A stretch of 64,000 bases of DNA from a virus, in IMG/VR virus record IMGVR_UViG_3300027747_002638. The stretch is one strand, 5' to 3'. A model generated the notes under the pieces. It worked only from the letters and a program-made list of their open reading frames with translations. It did no database searches and had not been told where the DNA came from. Of the stretch, positions 29,901 through 36,582 are shown in pieces. Positions within the stretch are counted from its first letter, which is position 1; each line of letters opens with the position of its first letter. Position numbers and translations under genes: made by a program.

Positions 29901-30578
29901 ATCAAATCCAACTCCTGCGTCTTGAGCAGAAGTTCCTACTCGTTTGATGGCTTCAGCCAAATCAGCAGAACTAACTGCGAAAGATGAGTCAACATTAGCT
30001 AATTTATTAACAATAGTTGTAGAATCTAGCGCTGTTTTATTAAAACTGTTTATTGTAGCCGTTAAAGCTTCAACGCTACTAATGGTATCTAATCCACTTA
30101 ATCTAGTAAGAATAAGAGCATCTCTTGTTCTTTTTAAAGTCTCTTCTACTCCTAAACCTTGACGAGCTAATTCTGTAGCTGCTGCAGCTACTTCATTAAA
30201 CCCTTGTCCAGTGCTTTTAGCTATATCAAATAAATCGGCTCCAAATTTAGCTAGACCGCTAGTTGTTGTATTTAAAATAACATTAATATCAGTTAATGAT
30301 TTTTGTACATTAACTGTAGTTTTAATTAATTCTACAAAAGCTTTTTCTACAGTATATATTAATCCTGCACTAGCGCCGAATGCAATAACACGAGCATTTG
30401 ATGCATCTAATGATTTTTGGAATTCATTTGCTGCACCAGTGATTCTACCAAGAGGTTGAGTAAAGGCCTTTTCATTCAATCCTTTGAATTTAAAATCTCT
30501 CGATAAGGCGCTCTGAATATCTCTTTCGAGTTGCCTTGTATCTGCACCTACTGAAATTGTAGCGGAAGTCCTAGCCAT
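23901..30578 (-). CDS. Tape measure protein (TP901-type core) with internal repeat modules
   Basis: ELARQGL, AVSSADLAEAIKRVG, TARGGAVIGNSLKTIFTR core; Ala/Gly-rich; two D.[IV]PA.L..GEYVV modules; lies downstream of the tube and chaperone genes. Confidence 0.93.
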   Translation of the reverse strand: MARTSATISVGADTRQLERDIQSALSRDFKFKGLNEKAFTQPLGRITGAANEFQKSLDASNARVIAFGASAGLIYTVEKAFVELIKTTVNVQKSLTDINVILNTTTSGLAKFGADLFDIAKSTGQGFNEVAAAATELARQGLGVEETLKRTRDALILTRLSGLDTISSVEALTATINSFNKTALDSTTIVNKLANVDSSFAVSSADLAEAIKRVGTSAQDAGVGFDELLAVVTSVQQTTARGGAVIGNSLKTIFTRIERPEVLSQLQALGIGVRDLEGNTLPAIQILKQLSTTFDTLSDAQKSQVAETVGGVFQINILKAALGDLGKEYSIYQNALNTATSATDQALKRNQALNETLAALFNRTINNVAQLGATVGAGAFQPAIEGTLKNVNGLLEMINNQDTESVGSKIGQGILNGISSFISGPGVVLITAVLGKLLLNLGQFAAASVKTLLGINQAADSRLQLQNKINQVLTQEPTLLAAIASKQIGVLSVENKILQILKEQNAIRAQASSLSSTITGGLVRRGVSVKGGQVTTANSGFIPSYAMSEISGALSGGYKPGKIKEMNISGVGKTVYNSAETVKKFPGLSQPAIMPPSQSKAGKNYQNQFSSIHGFNPYASSGFIPNFAKNSLQIAQSLFTEAKGQNIDAFIKSRGYKITPEVQKEIDAIKSGKMSGAKTSQGEVVVVPASEFGIVGVGGRRGSIDAQTAFSTLGYTKDPRSVKFEGIQARTLEDLKNSEIQDKNSFSTAINKLFVDPLAQLANDIFGPLSPDPKFKSLLASNNRKAGVNLFPAGTEGSIFEAAVNLGTKRGGALQKAFDQNTAQKPFDFEESSPPTNAFNSKFGFSPPVLRADAKRTITAEQAREIIDKAYRDATTRPLLPKPRTAASGFIPNFSALEQAVSREISAGVPNSKIRVGQSGKLMASSNPLGLGVYNTQDEPQGLNQGISRYSSISSARKAGAAFGFVPNFAGQNIQFEQTAVAGMSVKDINILSSEVAKDLAKISKRLKAQEIDLATAEKEAGIIAQSYQLTAQSTQKVKSLFTRVSTSSERFATYLSGLEKEAAGAFGVFGGGKARARLERLASQEGRYGEAARGTLDRVTQRRTAAAGRLQNAGLLASIAVPIVAQTAEQFAPENKAVRFGATVASDTATFAGTGAIFGQYGAAVGGLIGLTIGLTKAFAQLKDKTEEYRKLTEQATSNLARFSEDVQAFLTNRETARGIRTGESKGNLEAASKARDEALSRIIASSDSDIGKSIVDAIASGSENELQKALGKASSALTSTKQIREFIDSVNTLKPENIKSAEKFSEVFKQFNVLTTRSGESLGALIAKNKDVMSSFDKLTEILINSKSALDDARNSSATLTAKGPASKLAISDEELKKEIARISTGRAQPFEVRRNRAISNIVESRSQTAIDNFSKNLSSFIDNLISSGEILPQTGKDLKDQITNVLKSSLDIGTKGAELEKIYKNLANASDALAVAEKRRLKTAFNLLQLEDRLIDLFNKDNNVRDTGNKLLQQADFGSLVEDFLQTTGKQFRPNAVVGGAFSQGMAGVFGGTVDEEKRLKYTKQLGEALKETSASVVANGGKLTDEAFVQLQTTINDINTSAAMTQKSLIAMSSSISDTSLRQEALNTYKEKEAELTKTLGDNITKLNFAIEATVESLIAEAKFREGTAFSDEFKQARAAAREKAIRGGDYTPMDTLQSFQDEFAYGTQDVMRDLNNTASDTARTIKSEFNNAFQSVIEGTQTVGDAFTTMALNISRRIQQLALEMSTNLIFNSVFSSVGGISDLLKSPLGRKNGGFIKGYAIGGHVTGGSGVRDDIPAYLSKGEYVVKKAAVEKYGKDFLDSLNSGRTVKKADGGGFGVGSKIGDPNEWIKVNNWPIAMTSVGSDVSSQRTDTGGAFSSDLLNDFYTTGATKYGLPTEGSYFFDPRLSPQAILDENNPMNQLRNEKVQRLLTFQNEVSNYDQYLADLAERNRQEKARVDQLNKQNRDAYNKQQNNLFWGSLLQAGMTVGGGALSQYGVPAIKQVLSEAFGGTSNKGWANWRGGDYSAGSMKFGPPVQANNYGLRGTVPTIRKGYAKGGSPYKDNVPALLMDGEYVVNKDTVNRYGKGFFDSLNSGRINKFADGGSVGNQNAGLNQSETQSSVSNTNNINITVNIDKSSSVETSTANSQSNDKITTDQDRRDELEKNRKLSDRIKSEVIKVLNTEQRPGGMLSSSKYTMKN
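24192..25169 (-). repeat. Two copies of a GYAxGG...D[IV]PAxLxxGEYVV...DSLNSGR...ADGG module in the tape measure
   Basis: Copies at about 24999-25169 and 24192-24347. Confidence 0.85.
27669..28970 (-). repeat. Four AxxGF[IV]P[NS][FY] motifs in the tape measure
   Basis: At 28941-28970, 28695-28724, 27894-27923 and 27669-27698. Confidence 0.85.
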
Positions 30579-30602
30579 GCCTTATTCCTTTACTACAATA
30601 TA

Positions 30603-30608
30603 TTACAC
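30603..30608 (-). promoter_or_regulatory. GTGTAA putative late promoter element (tape measure)
   Basis: 24 nt from ATG 30578; the leader carries an AAGGA SD. Confidence 0.75.
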
Positions 30609-30630
30609 AAATATTAACTATTATAGTATA

Positions 30631-31629
30631 TTATATCCCATGTAATTTCATTAAATCTTGCATACTTAAATTTCCACCACGTTTCTTAGCCTCTTCTATT
30701 AAACTTATTCCACCTTCTTGCTTTACCCCTGCTTTTTCAAGGTCTTCTTTTGAAGCGCCAACGATTGATGTGGCCATTACTCCATCGTTTTTAGATACAT
30801 TTTTAGATGTTTTATCTAATAATTCTTCTATATTTTTAGCACTTTCCAACCATTCAATTAGCTTATCTGGATCTTCAAAATATTCATCTGGTGGTTTATT
30901 CTTAGCATTTTCAAGTTGATTTTTGAAATATCTTGCATATCCATATATATCAATTTGATATAAAGTTAAATATATTACTGGCTTACCAAATAAATTATAA
31001 ATATTATCTCCACCTAAATTAAATAAACTTAAGAAAGTAGGAGAAAGGGCTATTTTTCGTAAATTTAATTCAGAAAAATTATCAGTTACTATATTATATA
31101 TACCGATAATATCAGAAATATCTGTATTTTCTAAATCTTCAAATTCTTCATTGGAAAAAAAGCTTCCATTTAAGTCTTTATCTTTAAATAAAGATATAAA
31201 CATGCAATATTCATTTATTTTTTTATTAGCATAGTCTTCTGCGGTAAATCCAATTAGATCTTTCTTTTCAGCTTTTAATTTTAATAAATTTAATTCATTT
31301 TGATTTATTTGATTATTTATATTTTTTAAATCTTCGTTTTTGAACATTTTAGACTTGTTCTTTTTTAGAGTTTTAATATATGTCGTTATAGACTGTATTT
31401 CTTTATTACGGTCTTCAGACCATAAATTTTCTTTTAATATATACTTTTCTTGCTCTTCTAACGAGGGAAGTTTTTGATTAATTGCTTTTTGGTAGATTTC
31501 TTCTTTTTTTAAGTTTATATTACCGATGCTTAAGTTATCAAAATGTTTTATATAAACTGGTTGTTTTTTATAATACGCTTTTGAATAACCATTTAAAATA
31601 TCTGTTAATGTATTTGTATTCTTAAGCAC
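30631..31629 (-). CDS. Putative tail assembly chaperone
   Basis: Helical, charged protein immediately upstream of the tape measure. Confidence 0.55.
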   Translation of the reverse strand: MLKNTNTLTDILNGYSKAYYKKQPVYIKHFDNLSIGNINLKKEEIYQKAINQKLPSLEEQEKYILKENLWSEDRNKEIQSITTYIKTLKKNKSKMFKNEDLKNINNQINQNELNLLKLKAEKKDLIGFTAEDYANKKINEYCMFISLFKDKDLNGSFFSNEEFEDLENTDISDIIGIYNIVTDNFSELNLRKIALSPTFLSLFNLGGDNIYNLFGKPVIYLTLYQIDIYGYARYFKNQLENAKNKPPDEYFEDPDKLIEWLESAKNIEELLDKTSKNVSKNDGVMATSIVGASKEDLEKAGVKQEGGISLIEEAKKRGGNLSMQDLMKLHGI

Positions 31630-32374
31630 CGTTTTCTTTATTTTCTATTTCAAATAGTTTTTCAAATTCTTCTACAGTAGAGGCTCTTCCCATATACCAA
31701 AAACTAACAAAAAGAACTAATTTTTTAATTAATTTTTCAAAAAAACTATCAGTCATTTCTTCTAATTTGTCATATACCATAATTCTATCTTCAAAAGATC
31801 CTTCTCCGAATATAGGAACTAGATTTCCATTTTCGTCTTCTTGATGACTCAAATTCAATACCCACCACATGATAGTCTTATTTCTAGCTCTATTTTCTGC
31901 TGTTTGATCAAATAAACTAGCTTGTGCAAATTCATAATCTTGAATTTTTTCTCTTATTTCGGTAATTTGTTTTATTAAAACTTTGTATTCAGCATTTTCT
32001 TCTTCAGAACGATCCTTTTCTTCTTTTAAAGAAATCTTTTGAAAATCATTTTGAAGTTCAAATATTTTTATATAGAGTTTTGTGTATTCTTCTTTATCAA
32101 TTTCACTAAATACTCCACCATCATTAGTAAATCTCTTTGATAAAAGTGCTCTAGTTAATAATCCAGCTTTAATACCTTCAGATAATCTAACGCCATAAAA
32201 TAATTCAGCTTCATCAAATAACAGTCTTGTTGGTTTTTTAATAACAATTTTTTGAGGTATTTGTTTTTTTACAGTTTTTGTAACTGATATTTCTTCACCA
32301 CTTTCATTCTTTTCACTTATAGTTTCTTTAAGTTCTATTTCTTTATTTAATGTGAATTCGTATAATTTTTTCAT
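31622..32374 (-). CDS. Putative tail assembly chaperone
   Basis: IKKPTR motif, coiled coil; lies between tube and tape measure. Confidence 0.55.
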   Translation of the reverse strand: MKKLYEFTLNKEIELKETISEKNESGEEISVTKTVKKQIPQKIVIKKPTRLLFDEAELFYGVRLSEGIKAGLLTRALLSKRFTNDGGVFSEIDKEEYTKLYIKIFELQNDFQKISLKEEKDRSEEENAEYKVLIKQITEIREKIQDYEFAQASLFDQTAENRARNKTIMWWVLNLSHQEDENGNLVPIFGEGSFEDRIMVYDKLEEMTDSFFEKLIKKLVLFVSFWYMGRASTVEEFEKLFEIENKENGA

Positions 32375-32640
32375 ATAGTTTCCTTATTTTCTATTTTTTC
32401 TAAAAAACTTTTAATCTTTTTATAACTAGCAGGACCACCTATAGTTTTAATAAACTTGTTCTTTTTGTTTTCATCCCAGCATTGATAATTTTTAACAAAA
32501 TTGGGATTTGAGAATATTTTTAATGTAGGATTTAAAATACCAAAATCATTTTTTAATGATCTTTGTATTGATTGAAGATTCAAATTACTTTCAATAATTT
32601 GTTCTGCAGAGAAAACAAAGCTTAATTTTGTGGATTTCAT
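32371..32640 (-). CDS. Hypothetical protein
   Basis: ATGA overlaps on both sides. Confidence 0.7.
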   Translation of the reverse strand: MKSTKLSFVFSAEQIIESNLNLQSIQRSLKNDFGILNPTLKIFSNPNFVKNYQCWDENKKNKFIKTIGGPASYKKIKSFLEKIENKETI

Positions 32641-32864
32641 TTTAATGTAATATTTAATTTGCTGAAATTTTCTTCTAGTTCTCTTACTGCATCGTTAGCA
32701 TTATCAAGCACTCTTTTTCTGATCTTTTGATAAGCTTCATCACTTATATTATATCCAGAATCCGATAAATCTTCAAGAATAAAAAAGAAATTCTTATATA
32801 TACTTGTAATTTTCCTCTTTATCTGAAAAAGAGTCATGTCTTTAATAGCCTTATCTGAATCCAT
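32637..32864 (-). CDS. Hypothetical protein
   Basis: Start moved to ATG 32864 (MDSDK), which has an AAGGA SD. Confidence 0.65.
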   Translation of the reverse strand: MDSDKAIKDMTLFQIKRKITSIYKNFFFILEDLSDSGYNISDEAYQKIRKRVLDNANDAVRELEENFSKLNITLK

Positions 32865-32899
32865 AAAATTCCTTTGTATCACCTTTTACCTACTAGCAT

Positions 32900-32905
32900 T
32901 TACAC
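32900..32905 (-). promoter_or_regulatory. GTGTAA putative late promoter element
   Basis: Directly follows the terminator U-tract. Confidence 0.7.
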
Positions 32906-32938
32906 AAAAAAATAACCCCCGAGAACGGGGGTTATTTT
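32906..32938 (-). terminator. Rho-independent terminator after the major tail tube gene
   Basis: - strand AAAATAACCCCCG-TTCT-CGGGGGTTATTTTTTT. Confidence 0.9.
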
Positions 32939-32960
32939 AATTTAATAATTTAATTATTTA

Positions 32961-34076
32961 TTAATATATGCCACTAATAAACAATCCATTAACTGTATCT
33001 TGTGGTCCACCAACTTGTGAACTAAAGTTCAATGTAACGGATTTGTTTGAGCCGATATCAGAACTAAATTCTTGACTATCTAATTTAGCTCTTCTTAAAT
33101 CAAATTGAGCGACTGTTACGGTTGAATCTAGTGGACTTTTGATAGTAATAATTGGATTATAGAATGTTGTACTATCATTTACTACTAGACTTTGTAATGT
33201 TCCAGTTGAGATATCTGTTACTTGTGCGTCTACGCTCAAATTAACAGTAAGTGGGAAGTCGATTTCACGAGCAAATGCGAATTTACTTCCTAATCTTTCA
33301 ATTGGAGTACGAGCCAAGTCAAAGTTTAATGTGTAGCTTTGAATGTTAAATGTTGAACTATCTGCTCCTGGAGTTGTTGGTAAGCTTAGAGTAATATCTC
33401 CTGGGCGAAGAGCACTAATTCCAGTTGCGTTTGCTGCAGTAGCGGTATTCTGAGTAGCAACATCTAGAGCATAAAACGTACCAGTAATAGCTGTTCCAAG
33501 ACTAGGATTGATAGCTGGAATATAATTTCCAGTTGTTCCTTGTTGGAAAGTCATATTTAAACCTTCAACATTAATTGTTGTGGTTGGGAAATTACCAACA
33601 CTAGCTTCGGTTGAGTAAGAAGTCATGAAGCCGTTTCCAATTCCAATTACTCCGATAGTTGAACCTGTAGCTGTATTTCCAACTGCATCTGTTCCTTCTG
33701 GAGTTGTTTTGATAAAATAATTTTTCTCGTCTTGAGTCTTATTTAAAATTCCAGATATAGCAGAAACTGCTGCTGTTGAACCAGTTGTTGATACGGTGAG
33801 TCCTAAATCGTTTTCATTAGATAAATTAGCTAGGATGTAACTAAAATCAAGAGCTACAGTTGGTGATGTTAAAATAACACGATCAATTGCTGCCAATTGA
33901 CCAAATTGATTAACATCTGTGCGGTCTACTGTAAAGCTATAATTAGCTGTTTGTACTCTTTGAAGTTGTTGAACTAGGTTATTTCCACTATTTCCTGAAC
34001 TAAAGTGGTTTCCTGTTGCTGGGGAAGGTCCAACGTAAAGAGCTTCTGATTGATAAATTATACGATTTCTTGCCAT
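32961..34076 (-). CDS. Major tail tube protein
   Basis: Thr/Ser/Gly-rich beta protein with an internal two-fold repeat; strong SD, own promoter element and terminator; canonical gene position. Confidence 0.8.
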   Translation of the reverse strand: MARNRIIYQSEALYVGPSPATGNHFSSGNSGNNLVQQLQRVQTANYSFTVDRTDVNQFGQLAAIDRVILTSPTVALDFSYILANLSNENDLGLTVSTTGSTAAVSAISGILNKTQDEKNYFIKTTPEGTDAVGNTATGSTIGVIGIGNGFMTSYSTEASVGNFPTTTINVEGLNMTFQQGTTGNYIPAINPSLGTAITGTFYALDVATQNTATAANATGISALRPGDITLSLPTTPGADSSTFNIQSYTLNFDLARTPIERLGSKFAFAREIDFPLTVNLSVDAQVTDISTGTLQSLVVNDSTTFYNPIITIKSPLDSTVTVAQFDLRRAKLDSQEFSSDIGSNKSVTLNFSSQVGGPQDTVNGLFISGIY

Positions 34077-34101
34077 ATTATTGTTTCTCCATTTTCTGTT
34101 A

Positions 34102-34107
34102 TTACAC
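34102..34107 (-). promoter_or_regulatory. GTGTAA putative late promoter element (tail tube)
   Basis: 25 nt from ATG 34076; GGAG SD in the leader. Confidence 0.75.
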
Positions 34108-34133
34108 CTATTTTTTAACTTTTTTTCTAATTT

Positions 34134-34997
34134 TTATTGATTTGGATATCTATTTTTACCTAGTTCAAAATCAACAAAAGCTGAATATACGTTACGATTT
34201 AGGCTGTTTGTAGCATTTAATAATTTAGTATCAGTTTTAGTAACATTAACTTCGTTAATATATACATATTCACTATCTACTACTTTATTTTTTATTAAAT
34301 TAATATAGTTAAATGAACTACCAGTTACAGACCCTAGGGAATTAAAGGGCATTTCATCTGGATATATTAATGGTATTAATTGACGACTTGTATCTCTCAT
34401 TATGCTTGTAACAGCGTCTAAAGCAAATACGCTATCTGCTAATATTACTGCTCTTACAAAACTAATAGTTTGATCAAAGCCACCGAAAGCTAAAGGTTTA
34501 TTTTTACCACCCTGATATTTTAAATATATAACAGGATAAGTTTCTGCTCCTATAGGTAAGCCTGTAGGATTTTGATATGTTTTAGGATTTATTTGATATT
34601 GTGTTTCAAATAATAAACTTTCTTCAGTTTTACTAGTTAAATACATATTAAAATCTTTAACAGCATAATTTCCACTTAAAGCTGTTGTAGGATTAGATAT
34701 TGGTGAAGTAAAATATAATTGACCATTTGCAGCATCAATTCCACTTAATGTTCCTTGGCCTGGAACAGTGAAAACCCCACTTACATAAACTCCACTTATA
34801 ATATTTGCGCCAGTTATTGAACTATCAATTACCATTTGTTTAAATGGTGCACCATAAGTATAATATCCATAATACATATTAGGAAGCGGATAAAATGTAC
34901 TTTGATAATTTGAATAAGCTTCACCTTTTGTCATTATTTTATTATCTAACCAAAGTAAGATGCTGGTCATTATAATATTATCAAATTGTGGTAACAT
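34134..34997 (-). CDS. Putative tail terminator / neck protein
   Basis: Directly upstream of the tube gene; YPVIYL motif. Confidence 0.5.
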   Translation of the reverse strand: MLPQFDNIIMTSILLWLDNKIMTKGEAYSNYQSTFYPLPNMYYGYYTYGAPFKQMVIDSSITGANIISGVYVSGVFTVPGQGTLSGIDAANGQLYFTSPISNPTTALSGNYAVKDFNMYLTSKTEESLLFETQYQINPKTYQNPTGLPIGAETYPVIYLKYQGGKNKPLAFGGFDQTISFVRAVILADSVFALDAVTSIMRDTSRQLIPLIYPDEMPFNSLGSVTGSSFNYINLIKNKVVDSEYVYINEVNVTKTDTKLLNATNSLNRNVYSAFVDFELGKNRYPNQ

Positions 34998-34998
34998 A

Positions 34999-35589
34999 TT
35001 ATTTTAAACTCCTTATAAAATTTTGATATAATTCAGACATATATTTTACTGGTTTATAGGTTATACTTCTAACTTTATTTTTTGATTGAATACCTTTTCC
35101 AGACCTACTATTTGGAAATAATAATCCATAAACATAATATCCAAATCCAGGAATACCATCTTCTACTCCTTTAACCCAGCTTCTACCACCTTCAAAAGGT
35201 AGTGGAGTTTTAGTTTTAATTTCGTCTGGAGATGGAGTAAAAACATTAAATTTTAATTGAAGATTTTTAGTATCAAATGTTGATTTTTTATCTAAAAAAG
35301 TATTTTGTTTTACCAAATCTTTTAGATCATCTATAGGTTTAGATTCCGCTTCAAAACCAATGAATGCAAATAAATTCTCTACGCCATTTAAAGTGCGACT
35401 TAAATTTTCTCCTTCTGGACCTTGAGAAAGTTCTTGAGAAACTGGATGTTGATCGATTTGTTCAATATAATCATTAAGATTTTCATTTAAAATTTCTTTA
35501 GCTAAATTTGTAGCTTCTTTTTTAAGAGAAGATTGGTATGCTTCACTTAGTTCTGATTTAATTTGATTAAAATTAATTTTAGTTGCCAT
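34999..35589 (-). CDS. Putative tail completion / neck protein (HK97 gp10-like position)
   Basis: Gene order; basic C-terminus. Confidence 0.45.
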   Translation of the reverse strand: MATKINFNQIKSELSEAYQSSLKKEATNLAKEILNENLNDYIEQIDQHPVSQELSQGPEGENLSRTLNGVENLFAFIGFEAESKPIDDLKDLVKQNTFLDKKSTFDTKNLQLKFNVFTPSPDEIKTKTPLPFEGGRSWVKGVEDGIPGFGYYVYGLLFPNSRSGKGIQSKNKVRSITYKPVKYMSELYQNFIRSLK

Positions 35590-36029
35590 TATTTTGTTTG
35601 TTCTAATCCATAAACATAATACGAATTAGTTAAATACCTTTTAATTGTATCTTCTGTTATTACGTTCCATGTTTTTCCGTCAAATTCAAGTTTGATAGTT
35701 TTGCCGTTATTCATAAAATCTCTTGCATCTTGTCTAACTTTTAAAGTAACATCGCCACGAGCAAATACTAATTTTAAATCACTATTTACAGCATCAACAT
35801 CTCTTGAATTATTATAATATATTCTTCCATTAAAAATTCCAGTAACAGGTTGATATGTATAATTTATAGCATCTGAGGCTTGGCCGTATCCATACATTGG
35901 GGCGCTTTGTAGTTGTTGAATAATTTTTATTGGTTCTTTATGAACCACGAAAGGCCTTGAGAAATAAGTAAAAAAATTATCGTATTCTTGAGCAAACCCA
36001 GAAACTGTTGAAGAATCTATATAGCTCAT
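35589..36029 (-). CDS. Putative head closure protein
   Basis: Size, beta-rich pattern (LEFDGKTWNV) and gene order. Confidence 0.5.
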   Translation of the reverse strand: MSYIDSSTVSGFAQEYDNFFTYFSRPFVVHKEPIKIIQQLQSAPMYGYGQASDAINYTYQPVTGIFNGRIYYNNSRDVDAVNSDLKLVFARGDVTLKVRQDARDFMNNGKTIKLEFDGKTWNVITEDTIKRYLTNSYYVYGLEQTK

Positions 36030-36034
36030 AATTA

Positions 36035-36544
36035 TTATCCATTGTAACTAGTTCTTATATTATATAATGCATCTCTATAGAAATAATCATAACTTCCAGG
36101 AATTGTATCGTCTCCAGCTACTTGTAATGGGGTAGCGCCATTGTTCTTATAATCTGTACTTAGTTGTTTTAATTCGGTATATTCTTGTTGTCTTATATTA
36201 TAAAAATTTCTTAAAACTTCGTTTTTATTTAATTTTTGAACACTAGCAATATCATCTTTGATTACAGTATAATCATTAATCGCTAAACTTCCAGTACTTT
36301 TAATTTTAAGATCAAAAAAGTATATAGAATACATTTTCTTAAAAATATACTTTTCAACATCAGAAAGATTAGGAGAAATTTCATATGTTTGGTCATTTAT
36401 AGAAAAAGATGTATTTAGCATATTATTCAAACCACCTATATTTCTTCTTACCCACGCAGCTATAACTGCTATGCTAAAATCAGAAGGTTCACCCATTTCT
36501 TCGTATATTTCCTGTGCAATAGATGTAACTGTATTTATTATCAT
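36035..36544 (-). CDS. Putative head-tail adaptor
   Basis: Helical protein, first gene of the connector operon; start moved to ATG 36544. Confidence 0.5.
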   Translation of the reverse strand: MIINTVTSIAQEIYEEMGEPSDFSIAVIAAWVRRNIGGLNNMLNTSFSINDQTYEISPNLSDVEKYIFKKMYSIYFFDLKIKSTGSLAINDYTVIKDDIASVQKLNKNEVLRNFYNIRQQEYTELKQLSTDYKNNGATPLQVAGDDTIPGSYDYFYRDALYNIRTSYNG

Positions 36545-36554
36545 ATAATACAAA

Positions 36555-36560
36555 TTACAC
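36555..36560 (-). promoter_or_regulatory. GTGTAA putative late promoter element
   Basis: 10 nt from ATG 36544. Confidence 0.75.
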
Positions 36561-36582
36561 CTTAGAATATTTTTTTTATCTA

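Noticed and set aside
25633-30459. Several + strand ORFs (up to 213 aa) inside the tape measure gene, and similar short shadow ORFs elsewhere
   Set aside because: Antisense shadows of long genes with no recognisable motifs or start signals.
31600-31660. Programmed -1 frameshift between the two putative tail chaperones (lambda G/GT style)
   Set aside because: The downstream ORF is in the +1 frame, is open for only a few codons before its GTG, and I found no canonical X XXY YYZ slippery site at the junction.
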